Assembly: GCA_041748795.1 (NCBI GenBank)
Contig: JBGTCM010000472.1
Span: 1 to 46,757 of the forward strand
Reading direction: 5' to 3'
DNA: 46,757 nt
Source: Pyrinomonadaceae bacterium
GTDB taxonomy: Bacteria; Acidobacteriota; Blastocatellia; Pyrinomonadales; Pyrinomonadaceae
Each line of letters starts with the position of its first letter. The stretch's first letter is position 1. Positions 24,380 through 34,079 of this stretch are shown here, piece by piece. Position numbers and translations under genes: made by a program. The notes below the pieces were generated by a model. The model worked only from the letters and a program-made list of their open reading frames with translations. It ran no database searches and was not told where the DNA came from.

Positions 24380-25564
24380 ATGAGTACTAAATTTGGGCCA
24401 CGAGTTAATGAAGCTATCTTTGCCCTCGTAACTCTCGAGCATCGCGTCGACCCCTATTTCCGCGACACATTCAACAAGCTCTTCCAGCGTCCACTCGCGG
24501 AGCTAGTCCAGTTATTGCTGCGGCTACTCCACCGCAACGATGAAACAAAACTATGCGAGGAGATTCGCATAGCAGGCGAAGAGGAGATTACGCGGCAGAT
24601 AAAAGATCACATGGCACGCTTCACTGAACGCGAGTATAACGGGCGTATTGCCGAACGGGCAGGCAACACTAAAACTTACGGCGTGGTGCGCGCAGAGTTT
24701 CAGGTGATGAAGGATATTGCACCTGTGTTCAAGAAAGGGATCTTCGCCCAGCCTGCGACTTTTCCCGCCTGGATTCGTTTCGGCGGTCCTGGCCCATTAT
24801 CTCCGCCAGACGTTGAGGATAGCGGGATCTTGAGCATCGGTATTAAGTTAATGGCAGTACCCGGTGAAAAGTTTCTGCCGGATGAGAAGTCAACTCAAGA
24901 CTTCACTGGAATCAGTTGTCCAACGTTCACTACGCCAAACATACTTGAAAACGTAAAACTTCAGCGGCAGATTTACGCACGTACTCCTGTCTTCTACTTT
25001 ATTAAACCCTTTGATTCGCATTATCTGGACATGTTGATGCAAGGCTTATATGCCCGGATGAATACTAATCCGTTAGAAGTGCGTTACTGGAGTTGCGTTC
25101 CTTTTCTGCTCGATGAGGGGCAGGCGATGAAGTTCAGTGTTAAGCCCCTCTCCAAAAAGAAGACGAAGATTCCATGGAATCCACCTGACGACTGGCTCCG
25201 CCAGTCGATGGCAAATACGTTATCTCAAACTGAGGTCGAACTGGAATTTTCATTACAATTGCAAACGAATCCGCGGAGAATGCCCATTGAAGATGCTTCA
25301 ATCGAATGGCCGGAGCGGCTTTCTTCGTTCGTTCCAGTGGCGAAGGTCACCATTCCGAGGCAGAGTTTTGATTCACCTGAACAATCCGTCTTTGCCAGAC
25401 AACTGTCATACAATCCGTGGCATGCAATCTCGGCCCATCGCCCTCTGGGAAATCAGAACCGCGCCCGGCGTGAGATTTACTTCGAGCTTTCGCGGCTGCG
25501 ACAAACAATGAGCAAAGAATCTCATCTGGAACCCACGGGCTCAGAAGTCTTTCCATCAACTTAA
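24380..25564 (+). CDS. Catalase-related heme-binding protein (mini-catalase / y4iL-like), 394 aa
   Basis: RAGNTKTYGVVRAEFQV aligns to the catalase RVVHAKGAGAFGYFEV block, with Asn at the distal-His position. The C-terminal RREIYFELSRLR fits the proximal R-x3-Y-x6-R heme-ligand spacing. Confidence 0.55.
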   Translation: MSTKFGPRVNEAIFALVTLEHRVDPYFRDTFNKLFQRPLAELVQLLLRLLHRNDETKLCEEIRIAGEEEITRQIKDHMARFTEREYNGRIAERAGNTKTYGVVRAEFQVMKDIAPVFKKGIFAQPATFPAWIRFGGPGPLSPPDVEDSGILSIGIKLMAVPGEKFLPDEKSTQDFTGISCPTFTTPNILENVKLQRQIYARTPVFYFIKPFDSHYLDMLMQGLYARMNTNPLEVRYWSCVPFLLDEGQAMKFSVKPLSKKKTKIPWNPPDDWLRQSMANTLSQTEVELEFSLQLQTNPRRMPIEDASIEWPERLSSFVPVAKVTIPRQSFDSPEQSVFARQLSYNPWHAISAHRPLGNQNRARREIYFELSRLRQTMSKESHLEPTGSEVFPST

Positions 25565-25568
25565 ATAA

Positions 25569-26432
25569 ATGACGGAGCGCGACCTCGCAATTACCTTTGC
25601 TGGCGGCGGCAACCGCTCTTTCTATCAATTGGGACTAATGAATCGTTGGCGCTCGAAAGTTTTGCCGCGGACTTGTTGCTTTGCGACTTGCAGCGCAGGA
25701 GCGTGCGTCGCAACTTTGATTTTGAGCGGACGTGAAACGGAGGTTCGGGAATACTGGCGAGAACGGTCTCGGGAAGTCAGGAGGAATATCGAATGGCGAC
25801 GGCTGTTGTCAGGCAAGCGGCCAACGCCGCACGAACCCCTGCTTCGGGGAATGCTACGTTACGCGCTCTCGTCAGGGGGATTCGAAAGAGTTCGGTCACA
25901 ACCCTTCCCAGTGTTGGTGTTGACGACAACCTTTCCTCGGGCATTGCCCGGCTTGGGTGCCGCGTTACTTGGCTGGCTGGTTTACGAGTTGGAACGGAAG
26001 TTACGCCCCGAAATGGTTCATCCAACCTACGGCAGACGCGTCGGTTTCAAAGGCCTGGTTTCCGATGCTCGCGATTGCGAGTCTCCGGATGCACTTGTTG
26101 ATCTGATCTTAGCGTCCTCAGCAACGCCTCCGTTTACTTCACTCGGAAAATTTGCCGGTCGCAGGTCCATCGATGGCGGCGTCGTCGATAACGTTCCGGC
26201 GTTTCTCGCAAACAACGTTGACGGAGTAAAACGCAATCTGGTGATGCTAACGCGGCCATACCCTCAAAACGTCATCGGACTGCAGAACTCGCGCCTTTAC
26301 ATTGCTCCCAGTAAGCAATTGCCCTTGTCGCAATGGGACTTTACGCGGCTGGATTTGCTGGAGGAGACAATTGCGCGCGGTGAACGGGATGCAGACACGC
26401 ACAACTCGGTACTCGAGAAATTTCTTAGGTAA
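25569..26432 (+). CDS. Patatin-like phospholipase, 287 aa
   Basis: Oxyanion motif FAGGGNRS. Nucleophile elbow TCSAG, a variant of GXSXG. Catalytic DGG in SIDGGVVDNVP. Starts 4 nt after the preceding stop. Confidence 0.7.
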   Translation: MTERDLAITFAGGGNRSFYQLGLMNRWRSKVLPRTCCFATCSAGACVATLILSGRETEVREYWRERSREVRRNIEWRRLLSGKRPTPHEPLLRGMLRYALSSGGFERVRSQPFPVLVLTTTFPRALPGLGAALLGWLVYELERKLRPEMVHPTYGRRVGFKGLVSDARDCESPDALVDLILASSATPPFTSLGKFAGRRSIDGGVVDNVPAFLANNVDGVKRNLVMLTRPYPQNVIGLQNSRLYIAPSKQLPLSQWDFTRLDLLEETIARGERDADTHNSVLEKFLR

Positions 26433-26469
26433 TTTGTTGAGGGTTATCGGGTGACGTTGCAGGCGACTC

Positions 26470-29157
26470 TTACACTACGCGGGCGTAAGCGACAGTGGGC
26501 GCTCTATCGTTGCGCCTGTTATTTGAATCAGCTAGAGCCCGGGCGTCGACACCCATAGTCTCAAGGAGTTGTAGGTTTGGTGAGTAAGATCCGCTAATGA
26601 AGTCTTCAGCACCTTTGGAATCAATGGGTTTGGAGAAGAAATAGCCTTGTCCAAACTGACATCCTAAGCCGCGCAAGATTTCCAACTGTTCACGCGTTTC
26701 TACACCTTCGGCTACGACGTCCATCCCCAGGTTATGGGCTAGGCCTGAGATCGTTCGTACAATCTCCGCATTCTCGTTGTTTTCGACCATGTGAGTGATG
26801 AAGGAGCGGTCGATCTTTAGAGTATTGATTGGGAATCTGTGAAGGTTCGAAAGTGAAGAGTAGCCAGTACCGAAGTCGTCCATCGCGAGTTGCACGCCTA
26901 GCTCTCGGAGTTCGGTCAACATCCTCGTCGCGGTCTCAACGTTTTCCATGACAGCACTTTCAGTTATCTCCAACTTCAAGCTGGCGGGCGGAAGTTTGGT
27001 TTCTCTCAGAATTCCCGAAACCTTCTCAATCAAGTCCTGCTGCGAAAACTGTTTGACTGATAGATTTACACACACAAACATTCGAGGATCAGAAGGATAG
27101 ATCTGCTGCCATCTCTGCATCTCGGTGCAAGCCTCTCTCAATACCCATTCACCAATCTGCACGATCATCCCCGTCTCCTCAGCCACGGGAATAAATTCCA
27201 TCGGTGATATCAAGCCGCGAATCGGATGGTGCCAGCGAACGAGTGCTTCAAATCCGCGCAAACTCTCCGATGCTAGAGACATGATTGGCTGGTAGACCAC
27301 AAAGAACTCTCGACGCTCAACGGCCCGCCTTAGGTCGGTTTCAAGTTGCAGTAGCTTGATAGCTTGAGAATGCATTCCTGTATCAAAGGTCTCATGTCGC
27401 GCCTTGCCAAGACCCTTAGCCCTATACATCGCGGTGTCTGCATCTCGGAGAATATCTTCCGGTCGCTCATACTCTTGAGAACTTACAGCGATGCCCATAC
27501 TGACCGTGGTAAATACCTCTCTGCCGCTGAGATTGAAGGGTGCGGAAATTTCGTTTTGAATGCGCTCAGCAATTTGCGCGACTTCACTGCCGTCCCCGAT
27601 ATCTTCCAGCAACACTGTAAACTCATCTCCACCGATTCGGGCTATCGTGTCACCCGGACGTAGACAATTTTCCAGGCGCCGAGCGATCCCTATTAAGAGT
27701 TGATCGCCACCGAGGTGACCTAGCGAGTCGTTAATTACCTTGAAGCGGTCGAGGTCGAGGTAGAGCACCGCGAACCTCTGATCTCCGCGACGATGCAAAC
27801 GAGCAATGGCCAGCTTTACGTGATCGGTAAAGAGGGCACGATTCGGAAGGCCTGTTAGTGCGTCATGAAAAGCATCATGGTGCAACTTCTCTTCCGCCTG
27901 TTTGCGATCGGTAATGTCTTGAATCTGGAAGATAAGGTTGGGTGTGCGAGCGTGTGCGTCCTGAGCCAGAGAGGCGCTCCAAAGGCCCCAAACCTCTTCG
28001 CCGGTTTTGTGAATGTAACGCTTCTCCATTTGGCAGGAGGGAATCCGGCCCCTTAACAAATCTTTAAAGTTTGCAAGCGCGGGGCTGAGGTCGTTCGGGT
28101 GAAGGACTTTTAGATAGTCGATCGCCATCAACTCGCGTTCCGAATAGCCCAGTAGCCGACAGAGCGAGTGGTTTACTTGAAGCCAACGACCTTCTGGAGT
28201 AACCAGCGCCATGCCAATTGCGGCGTTATCAAAGGCGCTGCGGAAACGATCCGAAGAGTCTCTAATAACGGCGCCAAAATGTTCGATCGGTGCCGCGAGA
28301 GGCTCCACATTCGTGTGGTACTTCCTGTACGTGAGGAACGAAATGAAACCGAGTAGAGCGACCACAAGGAAGGCAGTATTACCAATCGCAAAAAATAGCC
28401 AGGCTCCTACAGCCGCGATAATCGTTCCCGCGAGTGACGTAACAGAGGTCCAGAGTCCGATGGCTCCCCACTTCCGCCAGACTGACTCTTTGATCACATA
28501 CGCTTCATTGATAAGAATTTGGGCGGCGCTCAGCGAGGCTTGGATTAGGGCGGCCAACAAAAGGGCTTCAAAGAAATTGTACGAGTATGCGGCAGTACCG
28601 GGCTCTAGGATCGTCCCGAAGTTAAGGCGAAGAGTCCAGACCAACAGAATTGTCGAAAGCGCGGAGATAGAGGCATCGAATAATACTACAGTCTTGTCAC
28701 GGCCCTGGCTTAAGGAGAGGCAAAGCGACGTGGCGGCGGCGAAAGGAATGGCCGCGTCGCCCCCAAAAAGAAGCACAACGAGCAGAACGAAAATATTGAG
28801 GAGTGAAACCTGGCCACGCCCCCGCGGCATTGGTATGGAGTAACGGGAGCCCGTGAGAAAGGCTATCAGCAAGAGCATCAACAACGGGGCGCCCATCCTC
28901 GAAACGGGTGTACGGGAAAGGGCGAAAGTGACGGCTCCCGCGCCAGCAACGCCGACCAACCGCATGAACCATGTTGGAGCCCGGTATTTGTACATTGGGG
29001 TAGTCAAAGTTACGAGTGGTTTGGGAAATCTTTGGATTTGGGCGAAAGAGGGACGAGCACTTCGCAAGCACGCGTTTTGCAGTTTCGGTGCCACTCTAGA
29101 ATTCGGCGGGTTTACTGAGAAACACTTACACTTCTGAACTTTCGGCGACCGTGCCAC
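26470..29157 (-). CDS. Multi-pass membrane sensor - PAS - GGDEF - EAL protein (c-di-GMP turnover)
   Basis: About 7 hydrophobic segments. PAS: FDNAAIGMALVTPEGRWLQVN. GGDEF: RIGGDEFTVLL. EAL: GFEALVRW and DDFGTGYSS. The real start is more likely the ATG at 28995 (MYKYRAPTW...). Confidence 0.85.
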   Translation of the reverse strand: MARSPKVQKCKCFSVNPPNSRVAPKLQNACLRSARPSFAQIQRFPKPLVTLTTPMYKYRAPTWFMRLVGVAGAGAVTFALSRTPVSRMGAPLLMLLLIAFLTGSRYSIPMPRGRGQVSLLNIFVLLVVLLFGGDAAIPFAAATSLCLSLSQGRDKTVVLFDASISALSTILLVWTLRLNFGTILEPGTAAYSYNFFEALLLAALIQASLSAAQILINEAYVIKESVWRKWGAIGLWTSVTSLAGTIIAAVGAWLFFAIGNTAFLVVALLGFISFLTYRKYHTNVEPLAAPIEHFGAVIRDSSDRFRSAFDNAAIGMALVTPEGRWLQVNHSLCRLLGYSERELMAIDYLKVLHPNDLSPALANFKDLLRGRIPSCQMEKRYIHKTGEEVWGLWSASLAQDAHARTPNLIFQIQDITDRKQAEEKLHHDAFHDALTGLPNRALFTDHVKLAIARLHRRGDQRFAVLYLDLDRFKVINDSLGHLGGDQLLIGIARRLENCLRPGDTIARIGGDEFTVLLEDIGDGSEVAQIAERIQNEISAPFNLSGREVFTTVSMGIAVSSQEYERPEDILRDADTAMYRAKGLGKARHETFDTGMHSQAIKLLQLETDLRRAVERREFFVVYQPIMSLASESLRGFEALVRWHHPIRGLISPMEFIPVAEETGMIVQIGEWVLREACTEMQRWQQIYPSDPRMFVCVNLSVKQFSQQDLIEKVSGILRETKLPPASLKLEITESAVMENVETATRMLTELRELGVQLAMDDFGTGYSSLSNLHRFPINTLKIDRSFITHMVENNENAEIVRTISGLAHNLGMDVVAEGVETREQLEILRGLGCQFGQGYFFSKPIDSKGAEDFISGSYSPNLQLLETMGVDARALADSNNRRNDRAPTVAYARVV

Positions 29158-29266
29158 AAAGACTGAGAGTCAAATCGGTCAAAGGAGTAGTTCATTCTGA
29201 TTGGAAGACCGAACACTTGGCTGGTCCTTTTTCTTAGCGCTTTAGGAGAGTTCCCAAAGGAATCGG

Positions 29267-29990
29267 GTAGGAGGCGGTGTCACCGCCGCCGTCCTCCCAC
29301 ACCACCGTACGTACGGTTCCGTATACGGCGGTTCATGAGGTCCACTGAAGATAGCTCAGTTGAGACAGCAGCAACTTAATTCGACCACTGCGGCTACAAC
29401 GGTTCGCCTTCTTCCGAGCAGAGAGTTCTCTCCTTGCCGTGACCTTTGACACACCCAAGCCTTCCTCTCGCCAATTCCGTTGGCTACCCTCCGGGTGGGA
29501 GTCGAGCATCTCAGCTCTTCTATCTGCGTCTGCTATGGTCATCGAAATTCAAGTCTCCATTCTGTGACTTCACGTTTGGGCCTCCAGTCCGGTCGTGGAC
29601 CTACTATGCCCTCGGCTGACTTCTGCCAACTCTTCCCGTCACCTCTCGATGCCGGTAGTGCGTGACACAAGTTGACAGATCTCCCCGGGTAATGCGCTCT
29701 CACCTTCACGCTTATGTCCGCCGCATCTACGTACAAGCTTTCCGTACAGGTATTGGACTTTAGGTAGTGCTACACTGGAAATAGAGCACTACCGGACTTT
29801 AGAGATACTTGCCTCCTCATCCAGCTTGCACGCCTCTTATGCGATTTCTGTTCGTCGAGCCAGCGCTTTGCCTGCGGCTTCCTTCAGATTCCACCTCGCG
29901 ATGGACACCCTTGCCGACCAGCTAACGATTCCCCCTGTCGGGTTCGTAGGAGACTTTCACTCCCTAGTAAGAGCGCCCTGCCGGGCGCAC
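29267..29990 (-). mobile_element. ORF-less group II intron, class C (IIC)-like, about 724 nt
   Basis: The minus strand starts GTGCGCCCGGCAGGGCG...GGGAGTGAAAGTCTCC...GGAATCTGAAGGAAGC. The domain V hairpin ACCGCCGUAU-ACGGAACCGU-AC-GUACGGUGGU (29301-29332) has a CGC triad and an AC bulge. A domain VI-like stem ends in CCUAC near 29267. It is inserted 5 nt after the U-tract of the trxA terminator. No reverse-transcriptase ORF is present. Confidence 0.8.
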
Positions 29991-29995
29991 AACGG

Positions 29996-30021
29996 AAAAA
30001 AGGGGGCCGCTAATGGCCCCC
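29996..30021 (-). terminator. Rho-independent terminator of trxA
   Basis: On the minus strand: GGGGGCC-attagc-GGCCCCC followed by TTTTTT, 24 nt downstream of the trxA stop. Confidence 0.75.
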
Positions 30022-30044
30022 TTTTCGTCCGATGCCGACTAGAC

Positions 30045-30386
30045 TTAGGCGTTTGCGACCATCATGTGCTTCTCAATCATGCGCGAAATTGAGTCTTTGC
30101 TGGTAGCGCCGACGACCCGTTCTACTTCCTTTCCCTGGCTGAAAAGAATCAGGGTGGGAATACCTTTGATGCCGTAGCGTTGCGCAGTAGCGGTGTTGTC
30201 ATCCACATTGACCTTAACAACGCCGGCGGTGTTGGCAAATTGCTCCGCGATAGCATAGATCGTGGGAGTTAGCATGCGGCATGGCGCACACCACTCGGCC
30301 CAAAAATCCACCAACATCAATTTTGACGATTGAAGTACGTCGCTTTCAAAAGAACTATCCGTTACGTTTGTCACCTTCTCGCTCAT
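30045..30386 (-). CDS. trxA: Thioredoxin
   Basis: 113 aa. Active site [10 protein letters not shown] (WCxPC). Typical thioredoxin length and C-terminal region. Confidence 0.9.
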   Translation of the reverse strand: MSEKVTNVTDSSFESDVLQSSKLMLVDFWAEWCAPCRMLTPTIYAIAEQFANTAGVVKVNVDDNTATAQRYGIKGIPTLILFSQGKEVERVVGATSKDSISRMIEKHMMVANA

Positions 30387-30455
30387 TTTGTTCCTTTTCC
30401 TATTCCTTGTTCAGACATCGCGACCTATTGCGCGTTAAATACCTCATAAACAAAC

Positions 30456-32171
30456 TCACTGTCTCTGCCCTTCGATGAAGCTTTTCAGCACACGCGCGCG
30501 TGAGGGATGTCGAAGTTTGCGAAGGGCTTTGGCTTCAATCTGGCGAATGCGTTCCCGAGTTACATTGAAGTCCTGACCCACCTCCTCTAGGGTGCGCTCG
30601 TGGCCTTCCCTATCCAAGCCAAACCGCATGCGAATTACTCGCTCTTCTCGTGGGCTAAGGGTTTGCAATACATCGCCAGTGATTTCGCGAAGGTTTGAAG
30701 TAATCACCCTTTCAGCAGGGCTGGTGCTAGATTTGTCCTCAATCAAGTCTCCCAACTGCGAATCGCCACTTTCTCCGATTGGTGTCTCGAGTGAGACTGG
30801 TTGCTGCACTAGTTTTCGTGCCTTGCTCACTTTCTCGACTGACATTCCCATCTTTTTGGCTATCTCTTCAGTGGTTGGTTCCCGACCGAGTTCACGAACC
30901 AACTCGCGAGAAGTGTTCCGCAGCTTGTTAATAACCTCGATCATGTGGACCGGGATACGAATTGTCCGCGCCTGATCGGCAATTGCTCGCGTAATTGCCT
31001 GACGGATCCACCACGTGGCATAGGTAGAAAACTTATATCCGCGTCGCCATTCGAACTTATCCACGCCCTTCATTAGTCCCAGGTTTCCTTCCTGGATCAG
31101 GTCAAGGAACTGCAGTCCACGGTTTTGATATTTCTTGGCGATCGAAACTACCAGACGCAGATTTGCTTCAGTGAGCTCATGCTTCGCCTGCGCCGCCTGA
31201 GCTTCACCCGTCACGATCATCTGGTGGGACCGCTTAAGCTCAAGGGACGTCACGTGGTGTGACGTCTCGACCTCCTTCAAGCGACGCTTAGCCGCTCCAA
31301 TCTGTCGTTTGAATTCTTTGGCGTCGTCAGCCTTGATCCGCTTCTTGGTCAGCTTCACCTGGTTAGCTTCAATCTCGCGCTCGAGCGTGCGCGTTTCCCG
31401 ATGAAGGTCCGCAATGGTAGTTATCAACCGTTGCCGCACTGCCTCTTTAAGATGCAAACCTGCTATTTCCCCAACAATCTCAAGCCTTGTGCGACCCAGC
31501 TTCCGTCTGAGACGAACAAGTTTCTTCGACGACTTTCCACGTCTCAACTTTTGCTCGGCGTTCATTTGCTCTAATTCTTTGATGCCTCGCCTATACAGCT
31601 TGCGAATATTCTGAATGCCCTCGACTGTCCATTGAAAATACTCTTCAGTCTTATCTTCGTGTTCTTCCGTCTCCGTTTGATCCGAAAAATTTATAACGTC
31701 GCGAATACCGATTGTTCCGGCTTCCAATTCAGTGCCGATCTTGATCAACTCGGCAACCGCGACTGGAGACCGCGTGATACCCTTTTGCGCGCGCTTCTGT
31801 CCCCACTCGATTCTCTTGGCGATCGAGACTTCCTGCTCCCGCTTGAGAAGGGGCACCACACCCATCTCTCTCATGTACACTCGTACCGGATCCGACGTCT
31901 TATCCAATTCGCCGGCTGAGAGATCTAACTCCATCTCCTCGGGTGCGCCTTCATCGTCTTCGGGCCGCGCCGAGGAAGAAGACGACTCGCCGATCACTGG
32001 CTCGTCGGTCTCAGTGCCTGAAATACCGGCAGTTGCGAGCTTCTCCAAGACCTCGTCGATATCTTCGATCGAGACTGCGTCTTCGAGTAGCTCTTCATGA
32101 GCCCCCGCAAAATTCGGCTTAACCGAATCCATTGGTTCAACACCGTCTTGATCTTTCTGAAGCCTACTCAA
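30456..32171 (-). CDS. rpoD: RNA polymerase primary sigma factor (sigma-70 family)
   Basis: Acidic N-terminus. Region 2: [41 protein letters not shown]. Region 4: [39 protein letters not shown]. The start is uncertain (TTG at 32171 or ATG at 32132). Confidence 0.92.
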   Translation of the reverse strand: MSRLQKDQDGVEPMDSVKPNFAGAHEELLEDAVSIEDIDEVLEKLATAGISGTETDEPVIGESSSSSARPEDDEGAPEEMELDLSAGELDKTSDPVRVYMREMGVVPLLKREQEVSIAKRIEWGQKRAQKGITRSPVAVAELIKIGTELEAGTIGIRDVINFSDQTETEEHEDKTEEYFQWTVEGIQNIRKLYRRGIKELEQMNAEQKLRRGKSSKKLVRLRRKLGRTRLEIVGEIAGLHLKEAVRQRLITTIADLHRETRTLEREIEANQVKLTKKRIKADDAKEFKRQIGAAKRRLKEVETSHHVTSLELKRSHQMIVTGEAQAAQAKHELTEANLRLVVSIAKKYQNRGLQFLDLIQEGNLGLMKGVDKFEWRRGYKFSTYATWWIRQAITRAIADQARTIRIPVHMIEVINKLRNTSRELVRELGREPTTEEIAKKMGMSVEKVSKARKLVQQPVSLETPIGESGDSQLGDLIEDKSSTSPAERVITSNLREITGDVLQTLSPREERVIRMRFGLDREGHERTLEEVGQDFNVTRERIRQIEAKALRKLRHPSRARVLKSFIEGQRQ

Positions 32172-32270
32172 TTGAAGCCTATCCTTTCATGCGAGATTCG
32201 TTTTACGCATCGAGAGTGTCTCGCAACGTCCACTCATCGACCCTGTTAATAACACGAATACGCGCCTTCT

Positions 32271-32753
32271 CTAGTTTCGCGCCGACACCATCTGAACTCG
32301 CGCTCCAGTCTTCCGCTTTCCATTGGTGGAGGCAACGCAAGGTCTTAATCGCGAGACTACGTCTTTGACCGTGATGCTTTGTAGGACTGTCTCCACGGCA
32401 GAATCCACTTCGTCGAGTACATCATTCAGCACAGTTCCAATGTTTACCCCAACAGGGCAGCTTCGACTTGGAGGGTGGCGATGTAACGAGAAAACTCCCG
32501 GACTCTCAACAGCGTGGTAAATATCCAGCAAGGTGATTTGACTCGGATCGCGCGCCAACCTGGACCCGCCCGTTGCGCCCGTCTGTGATACCACGAGGTT
32601 CGATTCAGCCAGTTCACACAACATGCGACGAATCACAACCGGATTCGTCTGTACGCTCTCAGCGACTTGTTCAGATTTAAGAGATTCTTCGTCGGCCCAC
32701 GCCATCAGCGTCAGGACGTGTACAGCAACTGCAAACCGGCTACTGGTCGACAT
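32271..32753 (-). CDS. Rrf2-family transcriptional regulator
   Basis: FAVAVHVLTLMA...SEQVAESVQTNPVVIRRMLCELAESNLV is a typical Rrf2 winged-helix N-terminus. 160 aa. Confidence 0.8.
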   Translation of the reverse strand: MSTSSRFAVAVHVLTLMAWADEESLKSEQVAESVQTNPVVIRRMLCELAESNLVVSQTGATGGSRLARDPSQITLLDIYHAVESPGVFSLHRHPPSRSCPVGVNIGTVLNDVLDEVDSAVETVLQSITVKDVVSRLRPCVASTNGKRKTGARVQMVSARN

Positions 32754-33204
32754 AGGGAATAATTCTTGAAAGCGGATTATCGTCTGTAACCAATATAGTT
32801 ACAGTTACCGAATTTGTCAACCCTTAAGCTCTAAAGGGGCCGAAGTTCCTGAAGCCAGGGAGCTTAGCTTTGCAAAGGACTACTAAACGCCTAATTCTGA
32901 GCCTTTTCAAAGGTTCTACCCTTTATCCGTCGGTTGGAACAATTAACCGCGCCCATTTTGAACCAATTTCGCACAACTCCCAAACCCGGCCGGATTCAGA
33001 AACGAACGGTTCTAATGCACCTTTCGCAAAGGTTCAAAGCCGAACAACCCGTTGTTATAGCGCTCACCCCCTCAAAGCCGCTGCCTTTTTGAGACCTAGG
33101 CGTGAAATCGTGTGGGTTTACCAAAGTTGGCATGGGCATTGCTCCTTCAATGATCGGTTCCTAGAGATCAACAATAGAGTAGCTAACAAAAGGAGAGACT
33201 TCCT

Positions 33205-33351
33205 ATGTTGTGGACGATTCTTGTAATTCTGCTGGTGCTTTGGCTGGTCGGTTTCCTCGGTAGCGTTGGGGGCAGTCTGATTCACCTGCTCTTGGTTATC
33301 GCGCTTATCGTGCTGATTATTAATCTCGTTTCGGGGCGCCGAGCAGTTTAA
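33205..33351 (+). CDS. Small membrane protein, 48 aa (lmo0937-like)
   Basis: Below the ORF-track cutoff. Translation MLWTILVILLVLWLVGFLGSVGGSLIHLLLVIALIVLIINLVSGRRAV. AGGAGA RBS at 33191-33196. Followed by a terminator at 33373-33411. Confidence 0.6.
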   Translation: MLWTILVILLVLWLVGFLGSVGGSLIHLLLVIALIVLIINLVSGRRAV

Positions 33352-33372
33352 CGAATGACGCTTTAGCCTTGG

Positions 33373-33411
33373 GCGCGGTTTCCGACGGAGACCGCGCGCG
33401 GGCTATTTTTA
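33373..33411 (+). terminator. Rho-independent terminator
   Basis: gcgcggt (33373-33379) pairs with accgcgc (33391-33397). The stem is extendable and is followed by a T-run at 33406-33410. Confidence 0.55.
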
Positions 33412-33724
33412 TTAACCTATCTGTAGGCGAGCGATCGTCCACTTTAGCCAACGCTTCTTCAATAAATGAAGAGGCGTTGCCTTCGTATGCACATCAGAAT
33501 TTGAGAAAACACCGGTGGAATCGGGTTAAAACACGAGGCAAGATCAAATAACGATCTGGTCCGGTCGCGAGTAGTTCAACCACAATTTTCAATGATGGCG
33601 AGATAACAACGCCAGCTGAAACGCGCGCCTCCCGCAACAAAGAATTTCCCGAAGAAAATGTCTGAGTGTCGTCCCGTTAGCCCAATCATCGCCAAAATTT
33701 CCTCTACCGCTCGGTAAGTATCGC

Positions 33725-33733
33725 TGCTAGAAT
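33725..33733 (+). promoter_or_regulatory. Possible extended -10 promoter element, TGcTAGAAT
   Basis: tgctagaat lies about 38 nt upstream of the ATG at 33771. Pattern match only. Confidence 0.25.
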
Positions 33734-33770
33734 CCGATTCAATAAATCACCCTTGACGCGAGGACAGCAT

Positions 33771-34004
33771 ATGCCCGAACAACGCGGTAAGCAGGCTACC
33801 GCTGAGGTTAAGTCTGAATGGACCCGAGCCTACCAAATTTACTTAAGAGCTCCCGGCGATCGATACGACAAAAAGAAGGACCGCACCGCTCGCATCGATT
33901 CCGTGGCCCAGGAACTGAAGCTGACACGCAAGCAAGCAAAAAGACGAGTTCGTAACTTCGAAGCATGGCAGCGGAACATTAAAAAGGGGTTGGTTGAATC
34001 TTAG
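33771..34004 (+). CDS. Small basic hypothetical protein, 77 aa
   Basis: ORF MPEQRGKQATAEV... An ATG with gaggac upstream is preferred to the TTG at 33753 given in the track. No recognisable motif. Confidence 0.45.
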   Translation: MPEQRGKQATAEVKSEWTRAYQIYLRAPGDRYDKKKDRTARIDSVAQELKLTRKQAKRRVRNFEAWQRNIKKGLVES

Positions 34005-34079
34005 TACAACAATCGTCAGCCCCGGTCACACTAAGTTTGTCCCCCTGATTGGATAATCCCTACACGTCAATCACTGGAA

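Noticed and set aside
28211-28843. A 210-aa plus-strand ORF antisense to the GGDEF-EAL gene.
   Set aside because: It lies entirely inside the membrane-domain coding part of a gene with clear PAS/GGDEF/EAL motifs. Its translation is compositionally odd (Ala/Arg/Ser/Lys-rich), with no start context or motif.
29333-29542. A 69-aa ORF in the domain IV position of the group II intron, considered as a possible remnant of the intron-encoded reverse transcriptase.
   Set aside because: It has no RT motifs, no YxDD, and no maturase or HNH features. It is far too short. I treat it as a chance ORF in structured RNA. The other ORFs in 29480-30092 were dismissed for the same reason.
32870-33226. A 118-aa plus-strand ORF in the Rrf2 / small-membrane-protein spacer.
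   Set aside because: It has a TTG-type start without an RBS and no motif. Its end overlaps the much better supported 48-aa ORF with AGGAGA in another frame. The region is more likely promoter and 5'-UTR.
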